A stretch of 64,000 bases of DNA from Candidatus Latescibacterota bacterium (GCA_965200315.1 OZ241362.1:992001-1056000); one strand, 5' to 3'; positions 28,856 to 38,782 are shown, counted from the first letter of the stretch. Numbers and translations: made by a program. Notes: generated by a model from the letters alone, not told the origin.

Positions 28856-30303
28856 CAGCGCGCCGCGGTCAAATGGTGCAGCAACACGTCTTGAGCCGCG
28901 GGCGTCCCAATCTGTTCCAAGGCCGCTGTGCTGTGCCCTTGGACGTAGCGATTCTCGTCGCTGAGGGCCGCAGCCAACGCGCTCGTGGCGGCCGCGGCCG
29001 CCGGACCGAAGTGGGCCAGCGCATAGGCGGCGTTGAAGCGCACCTGCTCGTCTTCGTCTGCCAGCAGCACGGCCAACGCGGGCACAGAGGCGTCTGGATT
29101 CAGCTCAATGGTTCCGAGGGCCTCGGCCACGTTGCGCCGCACCCAGGCGTCCGGGTCGTCGCGCAGCATGCATAAGGCGGCCACAGCCGCAGCGCCCGCC
29201 CGAGCGCCCATATCGCCTAGCGCATACGCGGCAAAACCCCGCACGTGGGCGCGCTCATCGCCGAGGGCCGCAACCAAAGCGTCCACAGCTTGCTCCCCCA
29301 CTGCACCGAGTGCGTACGCCGCGTGCTCGCGCACGTGTTCGCGCTCGTCGTCTAAGGAGGCAATCAACGGGCTTACGGCGGCCGCACCCACTACACCGAG
29401 TGCATAGGCCGCGTTGAGGCGCACCGGCTCGGCCTCGTCGCCCAGCGCGCCGAGCAGCGCATCTAGTGCGGGAGCGGCCTTTTCCCCTAACGCGCCGAGG
29501 GCATCGGTCGCTGCCAAGCGTTGTTCCAACGTTCCGTTAAGGGACTCGCTTAGTTGCTCAATTTGCCCATTGGCCTCGGCGCAACTGTGGACTCCCGTGT
29601 GCCAATCCCATATCCGCGACCACACGACCCGATGCTTGCTAGAGGGCACCGAGCCATTGGTCGGCCACCCCGGGGCTTGGATGTTCCAACTCGGTCGGCT
29701 CGGCTCGCTGAGGCGGGTAAATTGGAACTTCATCATGTAGCGGTTAGCCGCCGTGCTGTTGGGCATGGCCCGATGCCACAAGTCAAAATGCACCAAGGTG
29801 CAGGTGCCGGCTGCGCCGCAGACGGGCAAGTGGCGCTCGGCCTGCTCGTCGTCTGCGCGGCCGTTGTAGTAATGAGTGCCGGGCATGACCGCAGTGGGGC
29901 CGTTTTCCAAGGTGACGTCTTGTGGGTAGTAGAAAATCATCACCCAGCGATTGCGGTGATAGCGCACCTTGCTATAGCCCCAGTAGCTATCCTTGTGCCA
30001 GCCACCGCCCTCGCTGCCGGCCCGATTGATGTGGCAGTGGCGATGGGCGTGCATGATGTAATCCGGGCCGACCACCGAAGTGAGGGCACCGCGCACGACC
30101 GGGTCGTCAAAGACCTGCTGCAACACCGGGATGCGCGGCAGGATGTTGTTGCCGGGGTTGCCCTCCTTGGCAAAGACCTCTTCGGTGCGCTGGTAGATGT
30201 CTTGGTGGAGGGAGGCGGGCAGCGAGGATTTGAGCGTGAGATAGCCCTCGGCTATGAACTGCTGCAGCTCCTCGTCGCCGAGGAGGTACTGAGGGTCTAA
30301 CAT
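28822..30303 (-). CDS. Phytanoyl-CoA dioxygenase (PhyH)-family 2OG-Fe(II) oxygenase fused to HEAT repeats
   Basis: WHKD, GPTAVMPGTH, LWHRA; C-terminal HEAT repeats (VRLNAAYALG, VREHAAYALG, VRGFAAYALG). Confidence 0.9.
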   Translation of the reverse strand: MLDPQYLLGDEELQQFIAEGYLTLKSSLPASLHQDIYQRTEEVFAKEGNPGNNILPRIPVLQQVFDDPVVRGALTSVVGPDYIMHAHRHCHINRAGSEGGGWHKDSYWGYSKVRYHRNRWVMIFYYPQDVTLENGPTAVMPGTHYYNGRADDEQAERHLPVCGAAGTCTLVHFDLWHRAMPNSTAANRYMMKFQFTRLSEPSRPSWNIQAPGWPTNGSVPSSKHRVVWSRIWDWHTGVHSCAEANGQIEQLSESLNGTLEQRLAATDALGALGEKAAPALDALLGALGDEAEPVRLNAAYALGVVGAAAVSPLIASLDDEREHVREHAAYALGAVGEQAVDALVAALGDERAHVRGFAAYALGDMGARAGAAAVAALCMLRDDPDAWVRRNVAEALGTIELNPDASVPALAVLLADEDEQVRFNAAYALAHFGPAAAAATSALAAALSDENRYVQGHSTAALEQIGTPAAQDVLLHHLTAARWCPITTKETTF

Positions 30304-30379
30304 GACAAGTCTCCTGAGATGATGGAACCAAGGACGAATTCGGCCAAAAAAGTATCGCTGGAGGCCGAGTAGGGCAAAC

Positions 30380-30958
30380 CTACGCCAAGGGCCGCGCTGT
30401 CTCCCATTGGGACAGCTTATCCAACAGGTGGCGCAGCGCCGCCTCTGGCGTCATCTCGTCCATGTCCAACGTCACGTGGGCTTGGTCAAAGCCGCCTTGG
30501 CGCTCGGCTAACAGCGGCCGGAGTTCCCCCGTACTTTCGGGCGGTTGTAGTAGCAATGGATGTAGCCCTACGGCTTGGTGGCGCAGCTTCCAATAGGTGC
30601 TAGCCAGCGACAATTTGAGGTACACCAACGTCGCTTTGGCCAGTACCTGCCGCAGGTTGGCTTCTTTGAGCAGCGCCCCATCGCCCAAGACGATGATGCC
30701 AGGCGGACGAGTGGTCAGTGCTTGGGCGAGAAAGCGGTCTTCTAATTGGCGCAGGGCCTCTATACCCTGTGTCTGCACGAGGGCAACCAAGGACTGGCCG
30801 GCCTCGTGTTCGATCCAGCGATCCACTTCGATGAGGGGCAAGCCGCTCAAGGCAGCCAAGTCGCGGCCCAAGCCGTGCTGGTCAACGCCTAAGAAGCCGA
30901 TGAGGGCCACCGGACGCTGCAACAGGACCAGCGGTCCATGTTCGTAGTAATTCGACAA
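30380..30958 (-). CDS. Shikimate-kinase-like protein with a degenerate Walker A motif
   Basis: AroK-like pattern (LIGF, DRWIEHEAG, LRQLE, LVYLK, LLAER), but the P-loop reads GFLGVDQH instead of GxxGxGK[ST]. Confidence 0.75.
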   Translation of the reverse strand: MSNYYEHGPLVLLQRPVALIGFLGVDQHGLGRDLAALSGLPLIEVDRWIEHEAGQSLVALVQTQGIEALRQLEDRFLAQALTTRPPGIIVLGDGALLKEANLRQVLAKATLVYLKLSLASTYWKLRHQAVGLHPLLLQPPESTGELRPLLAERQGGFDQAHVTLDMDEMTPEAALRHLLDKLSQWETARPLA

Positions 30959-31078
30959 GGCGTTTACTGATTGTCAGGGCCGCGCCTGATAGCGTAGCTC
31001 TGGACCAAGGCGTCTTGGACAATCGGGGTCGGATCGCTCACGTCCTGTCTCCTGTTAAAAGTCGAGCAGTTCCCGCTA

Positions 31079-31242
31079 TAGCCGTCCTACCTTGATTCAT
31101 GCGATGCGACGCCTGGCGGGGTGCGCGGGCGTCTCGCCTGCAGGCCGGCCTCCCCAAGGACGCCCAGACCACCAAGCACCGGCCGGGCCAAGTTCGATGG
31201 GAGCACAACCCGGCGAGCACCGCAAGTCATGTAGGATGGCTA
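31079..31242. mobile_element. ~164-bp MITE-like element
   Basis: Imperfect TIRs TAGCCGTCCTAC.. / ..GTAGGATGGCTA; TA on the left flank, TG on the right; GC-rich non-coding interior. Confidence 0.6.
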
Positions 31243-31335
31243 TGTCATAAGCACAGTCCAATTAAACCGGGAATCTTTGCTGTATCAAGGCCGGAGCAGA
31301 CGGATGGCGTTGTGGCGGCAATGGTTAGATATAAG

Positions 31336-33987
31336 TCAATACGCCACCCCAACTAGGCGGGCAGCCGAGTTGCCATCCTCGGCGTCGTCATCTACCTCGA
31401 TACGGGCGAGGTAAAGGCCCGGGGACACTAAGGTTCCCTCTTCGTCCCGGCCGTCCCACACAAGGCTATACAGCCCGTTCGCCATGTTGCGCCGCTCAGC
31501 AAGACGCCTCACTTGCCTGCCTGCCAAGTCGTAAAAAGCCACCGTTACTTGCCGGGCCACATTGACTTTGAGCACGGCAAACGAAAAGACAGCCGCGTCG
31601 TTGATGCCGTCGCCATTCGGGGTAAAAGTGGCGGGATCTACCTCGATTGTCCCGATCTGCCCGCGGTGGGCGGTCGTCAAGACTGTCAACCCCTCACCAA
31701 CGGCCAATTCGTCTCCTACCGGGTCCGCTGGGTCCACCCGCTGCCAGTTGTCCGCTTGAGTCGAGCGCCCAACTTCGGCGGCAAAAGTGGCACCGCTCAG
31801 GAAAACGCGTGACGAAAAAGAGACCCGCACAATATCCGCACTGCCGCGCCGCAGTATTCTTGGCAAGCCGATTTGCAGCGTGTCACTTGCCACCTTGGTC
31901 AAGTCCAGTTCCTCCCCCGCCTCATTCTCAAAACGGCCTTTTTCCACCTCGGCAAATATCTCCTCGTTTCCGGCGGCAAATTCGCTTTCGTCTCCCAAAC
32001 TCACTTGGCGCAGTTCGATATTCGCCCGCGAAGGCGCGATGAGCCGGATGCGGTCGAATCCTCGGTCTCGAGCAGCGAAGGAGGAGCCGATGAAGAGGTC
32101 GAAATCTGCGAGTCCGCCGAGGGGGACACCCCGCTTGGGCTCTATTTCCCCAGCGATGTGCTCTACCAGTGGCGCTGTAAAATGGATTTGAATCGACTCT
32201 AGGCTGGCGGCCACTGCCGCGTCTTCACTGAGCAGTCTCGTCTGGATCATCATATAGCGCCGGGGATTGGGGGAGCGTATGACTTCGCCTGGTTTGACGT
32301 AGACTTGACTCCAGTTGCTCCAGCCCGGTCCCGGCAGGAACTCGGTAAGGATCTCCCCCCTGTAGAAAGACGGTTGCTTATCGTATTCTTCTTTGTTGGC
32401 TACTTCCGTGCCGTCTTTTTTGAAATAGCGGTTTATTTCGCGCAGATCGTCCCCCGTGCGGGTGCGGATTTCCACCGCTGTGCCCGAGGGAGTGTCAGCT
32501 TCCCATTCAATGGTCGTCAGTGTCTTGGAACTCCCCAGATCAATGAGGTCGGAAGTCATCTCGAGGATCGGTAAGTGCCCGTTGGCGAAGACTTGGATTT
32601 CGGTCACCGTGCTCAGTATCCGGTGCCCTTCATGAGCCCTAGTGCGGCGGGCAATATCTAGGTTGCGGAATTCCAGAAAGCGTATTGGGCGCGGCTCAAA
32701 GTGATCCTCAAATAGTCGCGTATTCTGGTTTAGCTGCCGCGTCTCACCACTCAATTCCTCCCAGATTAAACTGCCATCGGGTGCCAGCGAGCCGTCCGAA
32801 CCGCGCAATATATAACCAATTAGGTTTCTTCCTCCGACGCGGGTAATGATGCGCACGGCATGGACCAAAAAGTGAGAGCCCAGATTCACGTTCAACAGAC
32901 CCCACTCGGCGGTCTCTCCAGTGGGAAAGTAAACCATGCCCTGCCACTCGGTACGCACGTTGCCGTCAACGGCAAGTTCGGGCGAAGAATTGGGATTGAC
33001 GTCGTGTAAATTACCGCCGCGCTCTACGATTCCCAAGGCGATGTTCTCGCCTATAGTCCATACCTCCACCTCGGCGAGTTGAGGTCGTTCGCGGCGGTAA
33101 TAGCGCACCCCGCCCTGCTGCTCAAGTGGCAACTGATCGTAGCGCTCGGCCGTTACTAGACGCTCTTCGCCGGCGATTTTCCAGACGTATTCCACAGTGC
33201 CTTGGTTTTCTGCTGTCAACGCCTGATACTCCTCGGCAGAGAGCTGTTGCGCCCGCTCGCCACGGGTGGCCGTGACCGCGACGCGCAGGTACTGCACAAT
33301 GCGGCCGGTCCACTCTTCTGTATGGGTGCCCAGTGGTGCGAGGTCGAACTCAAAGACTCGCTGGTCGCGATTGGGCTGGGTAGTGCCGCCAACCAATGTA
33401 TAGTCCAAGGCGCCGCTGCGATCCGCCGTGCCAAAGGGGTTTTGCCCCCCTGCCGCATGTACTCTGAATTGCAGAAACGGGTCCCCTTCTTCGGCAAAGC
33501 GTACAACGACCTTGGTGGCTGACACCAGACGGCCAAGATCAATCTCCAACACCCAGTCCCGCAGGGGATCGGCCGGATCTGGCTCCCAAGCTGTAGTCAG
33601 ATCGGCATCCACGGCCCGCTCCGCTAGCTGCGGATTTGAACCAGCCCTTTTGATCCCGCCGCGCGTCAGCAGCGTGTTATTTTCATCTTGGAACGAATTG
33701 GCGTACTGATCTCGCAAGCTGCCATCAATGGGATAGCTGAAGTCGGCCGCATTCAATATGGCGTTGTGCGGTACTTGTATAAATCTGGACTGCACCGAGC
33801 CAGACGGCGTTATGGCCACCATATCCCGCGGAAAATCCCAAGCCTGCCAATGCGCCTGGGTCCGCACCTCCACCCGATTCTCGCCCAGACTGTAACCCTT
33901 CGATTGGGCCCATACCCCGTTTAGAGCCATAAGAAGAAAAAGGACTACAGAACAGAGTGCCTTGGACAAAAGACCCGATTTCCTCAT
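31336..33987 (-). CDS. Large secreted discoidin-domain protein with a C-terminal FlgD-Ig/CHU_C-like domain; paralog of 167-3427
   Basis: GGAG RBS, MRKS start, signal peptide; DADLTTAWEPD..WVLEIDLGR; RTRTGD..GWSNWS..SPNPRRY; FTPNGDGIND..WDGRD..PGLY..VGVAY. Confidence 0.87.
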   Translation of the reverse strand: MRKSGLLSKALCSVVLFLLMALNGVWAQSKGYSLGENRVEVRTQAHWQAWDFPRDMVAITPSGSVQSRFIQVPHNAILNAADFSYPIDGSLRDQYANSFQDENNTLLTRGGIKRAGSNPQLAERAVDADLTTAWEPDPADPLRDWVLEIDLGRLVSATKVVVRFAEEGDPFLQFRVHAAGGQNPFGTADRSGALDYTLVGGTTQPNRDQRVFEFDLAPLGTHTEEWTGRIVQYLRVAVTATRGERAQQLSAEEYQALTAENQGTVEYVWKIAGEERLVTAERYDQLPLEQQGGVRYYRRERPQLAEVEVWTIGENIALGIVERGGNLHDVNPNSSPELAVDGNVRTEWQGMVYFPTGETAEWGLLNVNLGSHFLVHAVRIITRVGGRNLIGYILRGSDGSLAPDGSLIWEELSGETRQLNQNTRLFEDHFEPRPIRFLEFRNLDIARRTRAHEGHRILSTVTEIQVFANGHLPILEMTSDLIDLGSSKTLTTIEWEADTPSGTAVEIRTRTGDDLREINRYFKKDGTEVANKEEYDKQPSFYRGEILTEFLPGPGWSNWSQVYVKPGEVIRSPNPRRYMMIQTRLLSEDAAVAASLESIQIHFTAPLVEHIAGEIEPKRGVPLGGLADFDLFIGSSFAARDRGFDRIRLIAPSRANIELRQVSLGDESEFAAGNEEIFAEVEKGRFENEAGEELDLTKVASDTLQIGLPRILRRGSADIVRVSFSSRVFLSGATFAAEVGRSTQADNWQRVDPADPVGDELAVGEGLTVLTTAHRGQIGTIEVDPATFTPNGDGINDAAVFSFAVLKVNVARQVTVAFYDLAGRQVRRLAERRNMANGLYSLVWDGRDEEGTLVSPGLYLARIEVDDDAEDGNSAARLVGVAY

Positions 33988-34069
33988 AGTCGTCTCCGAA
34001 ATCATCGAGTACTGCACAGGTAAACGGCGTTCCATAACCTATTGTCCCAAGTAAAGACGTACCTACGTG

Positions 34070-35812
34070 TTACGAACCATCGCCCTTGGTTGGGGCTTCC
34101 GAGGCATGGCGCTGTAGGAACGTATCGGGTAGGGCCGCCGCCAACGCGCTGTCAGATACGGCGATCCGCTCTTTGTACTTGTCCAGCAAATCATTGATCA
34201 ATTCCTCGAAAAGTTGCTCTCGCTTCTGTCCACGCACCAAGGCCCGCGCCCTTTTCGCGACTTGAAAAAAGGGGGATAATTCCCCGCCCTCGCGGTTGAG
34301 AACCTTGAAGATGCTGTATCCGCCTTCAACGTGCACCGGGCCGGTGATTTTGTCGAGGTCGGCCGCCTTTACTGCTTTGAAAAGCCGCGGCAGAGTCAAA
34401 CGCTCGTACTCGCCCAGATGCAGTAAGCCATCTTCTTTCTGCATACCTCGGCGGATGGTGTGCTTTTGGGCGAGCATTCCGAGGGTCGCCCCTCGTGAGA
34501 TGGCGCGCAGCAAACCAACGGCTTCCGCCTCGGTCTCGACCAGCACTTCAACGACAATGTATTGGGCCGGCTCCCTGAACAACTCCTCATTGTTCTCGTA
34601 AAAATCCCTAGCTTCCTCCTCGCTCGCCTCGGATTGGTCCATGACCGCTTCCCGACGTAGCTGTTTAATCATGAATTCCGCGCGTATCTCCTCTAAGCGC
34701 TGTTGTCCATCCGCCATCTCCCCCAACCCCGCCCGCTGCGCCGCCTCTGCCAACAAGGCCGGTATCAGAACCAGTTCCCTCGCTGTATCAACCACTTCGG
34801 CACTGTCCCGCACACCCCAGCCGGATAGGGCCCGTATATCCGTCCGCAGGGCATTGAGATAATCTCCCAGAGCGATCTGCCCTCCCTTATAGATGAAGAG
34901 GGGCTGGCCCACCTCTTCGGCGGCCAGATGAGCGAGTCTCACCTGGGTGTGGAGTGTCGCTTTATGCAGTAGAAGTTCTAATCCCTCTGGCACTAGCTGC
35001 ACATCCAACTTGCGGGTAAGGGCCGCGATTTCCGCCCTCTCCTGCTCTAGACGCTTGCGTTCGTAGAGTATAGCGCGAATCTGCTGTCGTTTCTCTTCTG
35101 GCGGAACGGGCTGATCTTGGAGGAAACGCACGATCTGATAGCGCCTACCCATGGGCAGGATCGGGGATAGCTGTCCGTTCGGCAGACTGCGAAACAGCTC
35201 GTCTGGAATCTGCAGCTTGCGGGCCTGATCCAGATCGATAAATCCCAGCACACCCCCTTGGGAAGCTGACCGTTCGTCTATGGTGTATTCGGCGGCCAAT
35301 TGGGCAAAATCCCCACCCGCTTCAAGCTGCTCATAGATTTGCCGTGCTGTGCTGTCCTCTTCCACCAGAATGCCCGCCATCTGACGCTTGCGGTCTAGAC
35401 CACTGTCGGCGAAATAGGCGCGTACCTCCTCCTCGGAAACCTGCACGTTGGATGCTAATGCAATCCGGCGATAGGTGGCGACCAAATGCTGACGCCAGTA
35501 CTGCATCACTTTAGTCTGGACCACCTCGGCGGTATCCAATCCTCGCTCTTTGGCCTCCAGTACGAGCAGGTACTTGCCCAACAGACTGCGCAGGTAGCGC
35601 TTCCGCACTGGGTCTCCCTGCCCCTGAAGGCGCAAGGACTGGGACATCTGGACGACGAAATCGCGCATCTCGGCAGCCGAGATCGACGTGGAATCAATGC
35701 GCACCACCACACCGGGTTCAAGGACGATCTCCGCACCCGGTGAACACGCCGCGAGACTCCACATGAGTACCAGGGCGCATCCTTGCCAAGTCCATGGTTT
35801 TCTGTTGCTCAT
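34070..35812 (-). CDS. Lipoprotein foldase with two PpiC/parvulin domains (PrsA/SurA-like)
   Basis: Lipobox SLAA|C; GGDFAQLAAEYTID..GGVLGF; second domain GATLGMLAQKHT..GPV..GGYSIFKV. Confidence 0.85.
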   Translation of the reverse strand: MSNRKPWTWQGCALVLMWSLAACSPGAEIVLEPGVVVRIDSTSISAAEMRDFVVQMSQSLRLQGQGDPVRKRYLRSLLGKYLLVLEAKERGLDTAEVVQTKVMQYWRQHLVATYRRIALASNVQVSEEEVRAYFADSGLDRKRQMAGILVEEDSTARQIYEQLEAGGDFAQLAAEYTIDERSASQGGVLGFIDLDQARKLQIPDELFRSLPNGQLSPILPMGRRYQIVRFLQDQPVPPEEKRQQIRAILYERKRLEQERAEIAALTRKLDVQLVPEGLELLLHKATLHTQVRLAHLAAEEVGQPLFIYKGGQIALGDYLNALRTDIRALSGWGVRDSAEVVDTARELVLIPALLAEAAQRAGLGEMADGQQRLEEIRAEFMIKQLRREAVMDQSEASEEEARDFYENNEELFREPAQYIVVEVLVETEAEAVGLLRAISRGATLGMLAQKHTIRRGMQKEDGLLHLGEYERLTLPRLFKAVKAADLDKITGPVHVEGGYSIFKVLNREGGELSPFFQVAKRARALVRGQKREQLFEELINDLLDKYKERIAVSDSALAAALPDTFLQRHASEAPTKGDGS

Positions 35813-35821
35813 GTCTTCTAT

Positions 35822-37672
35822 TCAGTACACTAGGGAGATAGACCCCAGTCGCTCCTCCCGACCACTGCCCGCTTCTACCACGACGCGGTAAATGTATAGT
35901 CCTGGGGCTACCAATTCGCCTTGGTCATCCCGCCCGTCCCAAGCAGTCTGATAAAGCGCGCTCCCCCCCTCTCCAGCACCCAAGGTGCGCACTTGGTTTC
36001 CCGCCAGCGTGTAGATTTCCGTCTCAAGAGGCACGACATCGGTCAGACGCAGTAATGTATAGGCGAACTGCACTTGGTCGTTGACGCCATCTCCATTGGG
36101 TGAGAACGGGTTGGGAACCACTTGCACGGCACTGAGCAGACCGCCCTTGAGCGGCGTGCGGACGTTCAAGGCGTCGCTCAACAACTCGTTCATAGCATCC
36201 CCGGGCATCACACTCTGGGGTACTTCGTCGCTGTCCGCATCCGACACTGCGCCGTTGAAGATCGTTCCATAGTTGAAAACTCGGGCATTGAAATCCACTT
36301 CTAGCAGCGTCTGGTCTTGGTCAATGCGATCAAATTGGATGGCGAACTGGTGGGGCTTTGCCGGATCGAAGCTGGGGGTAAAATCGACTGCTTCGCGGTC
36401 GATGCGCACCTCGTGGATGGCCTCCAGACGGGCGGAAGTGCTTACCTCGAAAACATTGAAACCCGATTGCTCCGTCTCCAGCCGGATTCGCACCGCATAG
36501 GTGAACCGAACCGGATCGGCCGACTCTACAAAAGGAGGGTAGATTTCGCCAATCGCCGCGGAGACTATAGGTGGTTGGGAAAATTCAAAAAACAGCGAGT
36601 CGATCTGCCCTCCAGCCAATCTGGCGGAGGAAAAAGCGATGTGTAATTGCACATACTGCCGGGGGCTGGGAGAGCGAATCTGGATGCCGGCGAGTCCGTC
36701 CGCATACTCATAGGTGTGCCATACGCTCCAGTTTTCCAGATCCTGGGTAATGCCCCCGCGCACATTCTGGGGCATGGCTCCATACTCTTGGCGGCTCATG
36801 GGCCGGCCATTGGCTCCGAATGGCACTTGCTCTCCCCCGACGCCGGTCTTGCGCCAATAGACCTCCGGCTGGTCATCGCTGCCGCTGCGGCTCTGAATGA
36901 CTATTTTCGCTTCTGGATCGAGTTGGCCGTTCCACCAGATGCGTCCCAAACTGGATGTTCGTCCCAAGTTGATCGGGTCGGACAGAAAGGAGGCCTGGGG
37001 AACAAACCCCTGACCGTACACCTCAAACTCAGCCACTTCCCACGTCTCCCCCACTTCCAAGGGATGGAGATAGACATGGCGTGCTATCCGGGGTTCGATA
37101 GCCAATTCGACTACTGGGCTTAAGTTGTCCTGCTCTTCGTGAATCAAGGTCCAGATGAGATTTCCTTTTTCGTTTTTGCTCTCTTCCCTGCCGTCGTTGA
37201 TAGAAAGCCTAAACTGGCGGATCTTGTGCCCCGGATGATCGGCGCGGGGTGCAAAGCGAACCTCTTCAATGGGGAATGGTGCCCCCAGATCGAAGAACAG
37301 CGGCGTAGTATAGAAAAACCCAGGACCGCGAAAGAAATTGATGCGCGGCGGATGTACAAAAGCCGTATTCGAATCGCCATCTACTAGCAACACGCGCTCT
37401 TCTAGCCAATTGGCCGGCAGGGTGTAAATGCTCACCAAGCTGGTAATATCGCCATTTCGCTCGCCCATCGAGGCAATCAGGTTCTCGCCGCTTTCGGCGC
37501 TGAACGGGCGGATGGCACCCGGCACTTTTGCCACATCGATAAAACTCAGGGTGCCGCTTTCACTCCAAGAGTTTCCAGCATGGCCCCCCAGTTGGTAAAA
37601 TTGGCGCGCCTCAGCCCGATAGCCCGCTCCCATCCCCAACGCGGTCAGGACTATAATCAGCACCTGTCTCAT
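35822..37672 (-). CDS. Secreted discoidin-like protein with a C-terminal FlgD-Ig/CHU_C-like domain
   Basis: AGGAGG RBS before MRQV; signal peptide; DGDSNTAF..FDLG; QSRSGSDDQP..SPSPRQY; PNPFSPNGDGVND..WDGRD..PGLY..SLVY. Confidence 0.87.
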   Translation of the reverse strand: MRQVLIIVLTALGMGAGYRAEARQFYQLGGHAGNSWSESGTLSFIDVAKVPGAIRPFSAESGENLIASMGERNGDITSLVSIYTLPANWLEERVLLVDGDSNTAFVHPPRINFFRGPGFFYTTPLFFDLGAPFPIEEVRFAPRADHPGHKIRQFRLSINDGREESKNEKGNLIWTLIHEEQDNLSPVVELAIEPRIARHVYLHPLEVGETWEVAEFEVYGQGFVPQASFLSDPINLGRTSSLGRIWWNGQLDPEAKIVIQSRSGSDDQPEVYWRKTGVGGEQVPFGANGRPMSRQEYGAMPQNVRGGITQDLENWSVWHTYEYADGLAGIQIRSPSPRQYVQLHIAFSSARLAGGQIDSLFFEFSQPPIVSAAIGEIYPPFVESADPVRFTYAVRIRLETEQSGFNVFEVSTSARLEAIHEVRIDREAVDFTPSFDPAKPHQFAIQFDRIDQDQTLLEVDFNARVFNYGTIFNGAVSDADSDEVPQSVMPGDAMNELLSDALNVRTPLKGGLLSAVQVVPNPFSPNGDGVNDQVQFAYTLLRLTDVVPLETEIYTLAGNQVRTLGAGEGGSALYQTAWDGRDDQGELVAPGLYIYRVVVEAGSGREERLGSISLVY

Positions 37673-37709
37673 CCAGTGCCTCCTTTGCTCGGTCGCCAAC
37701 TAAGAGAAC

Positions 37710-37741
37710 GGCGGGATTTACAGTCGCCCGTAAATCCCGCC
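37710..37741. terminator. Perfect 12-bp intra-operon hairpin (terminator or mRNA stabiliser)
   Basis: GGCGGGATTTAC-8nt-GTAAATCCCGCC between the 290-aa gene and the next gene; no strong U-tract on the coding strand. Confidence 0.6.
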
Positions 37742-37790
37742 TGAAACTATCCTCCAACTTCTACGGCACAGGCAGTCGAGTCGGCCTTAT

Positions 37791-38663
37791 TCAGAAGGAG
37801 GACTTGATCTGACCCCAAGTGCTGGCCTCGACTCCGGTCGCGCTGGCCTCGGGCAACCCCTCTTCGATGGGTGCCAACAGATAGTCGCCAAATTGATCGG
37901 CATCCCTAGAAGCACCTACGCCACCAAAACCAGACCAATAGGCATCGTCGTAGGAGCCAGGATCGGCATCCTTGTCTCCCCAGTTGACCTCTATACCGAC
38001 CACTGTGCCTTCGACCCAAGCGTGTTGCACACTCTGGTCGGCGCCGTCGGGATGGATGTCGTCAAAGGGCACAATGGTGTACTCGCCGAACATTTCGGCT
38101 GGCTCTTGGGTATTGACGTCGCCGCGGAGAAACTTGCCGGCCCACTCCACGTAAGGGGGCTGGCCAGCCCAGGCTTTGGAGCCATCGATAATCCGGGTAT
38201 AATAACCGGAAGAGCTGAAAATTGGGCCGGCCAAATCGTAGCGTTGGGCGTGGGAACTGGCCCAGCGGGTCTCGAAATCATCCCCTTGGTCGAAGCCGCG
38301 AAAGATGCCGCCGGAGTGATCCCAATCTGTAGTCGTCGACCATTTCTCGGTATCGTTGATGAAGTCGTCGGCAACCCAAGCTGCAAAATAGGCCTTGCCG
38401 TCGTTGATGTTGTAACCCCAAATGAGCGAGGCATTGAAGTCGCTCAGATCCATGGGTGCGCCGAACTGGTTGAACATGGTTTCGGCTTTGATCTTGTACA
38501 CATCGGAGACAATGTCCCAGTCCGACATATCGCCATCCAGTACTGGCGTCAGGTGATCCGGGAACTGGAACATGAACTTCATCTCCCCTTGGTGGCTAAA
38601 AGCCGTGCCGACCATGAGGGCCGAGACCAGTAAAGCAATTGCTGCCTCATTGATTCTCTTCAT
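37791..38663 (-). CDS. Secreted acidic protein, CBM9/DOMON-like, with C-terminal TGVEASTWGQIKSSF tail
   Basis: Signal peptide (AFS|H); PVLDGDMSDW..YFAAWVADD..DKDAD pattern typical of CBM9-like folds; xVExxxWGxIK tail. Confidence 0.75.
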   Translation of the reverse strand: MKRINEAAIALLVSALMVGTAFSHQGEMKFMFQFPDHLTPVLDGDMSDWDIVSDVYKIKAETMFNQFGAPMDLSDFNASLIWGYNINDGKAYFAAWVADDFINDTEKWSTTTDWDHSGGIFRGFDQGDDFETRWASSHAQRYDLAGPIFSSSGYYTRIIDGSKAWAGQPPYVEWAGKFLRGDVNTQEPAEMFGEYTIVPFDDIHPDGADQSVQHAWVEGTVVGIEVNWGDKDADPGSYDDAYWSGFGGVGASRDADQFGDYLLAPIEEGLPEASATGVEASTWGQIKSSF

Positions 38664-38782
38664 TGCAATACCTCTTTTCAGTTAGTAAGTGGATCTTTGT
38701 GTCTTTTGCTGCCCCAAACGGGGCTGAAACGACGACTGTTTCTCTCTCCTCCTTTCAGCTACCAACAGATCGCCATGTTATA

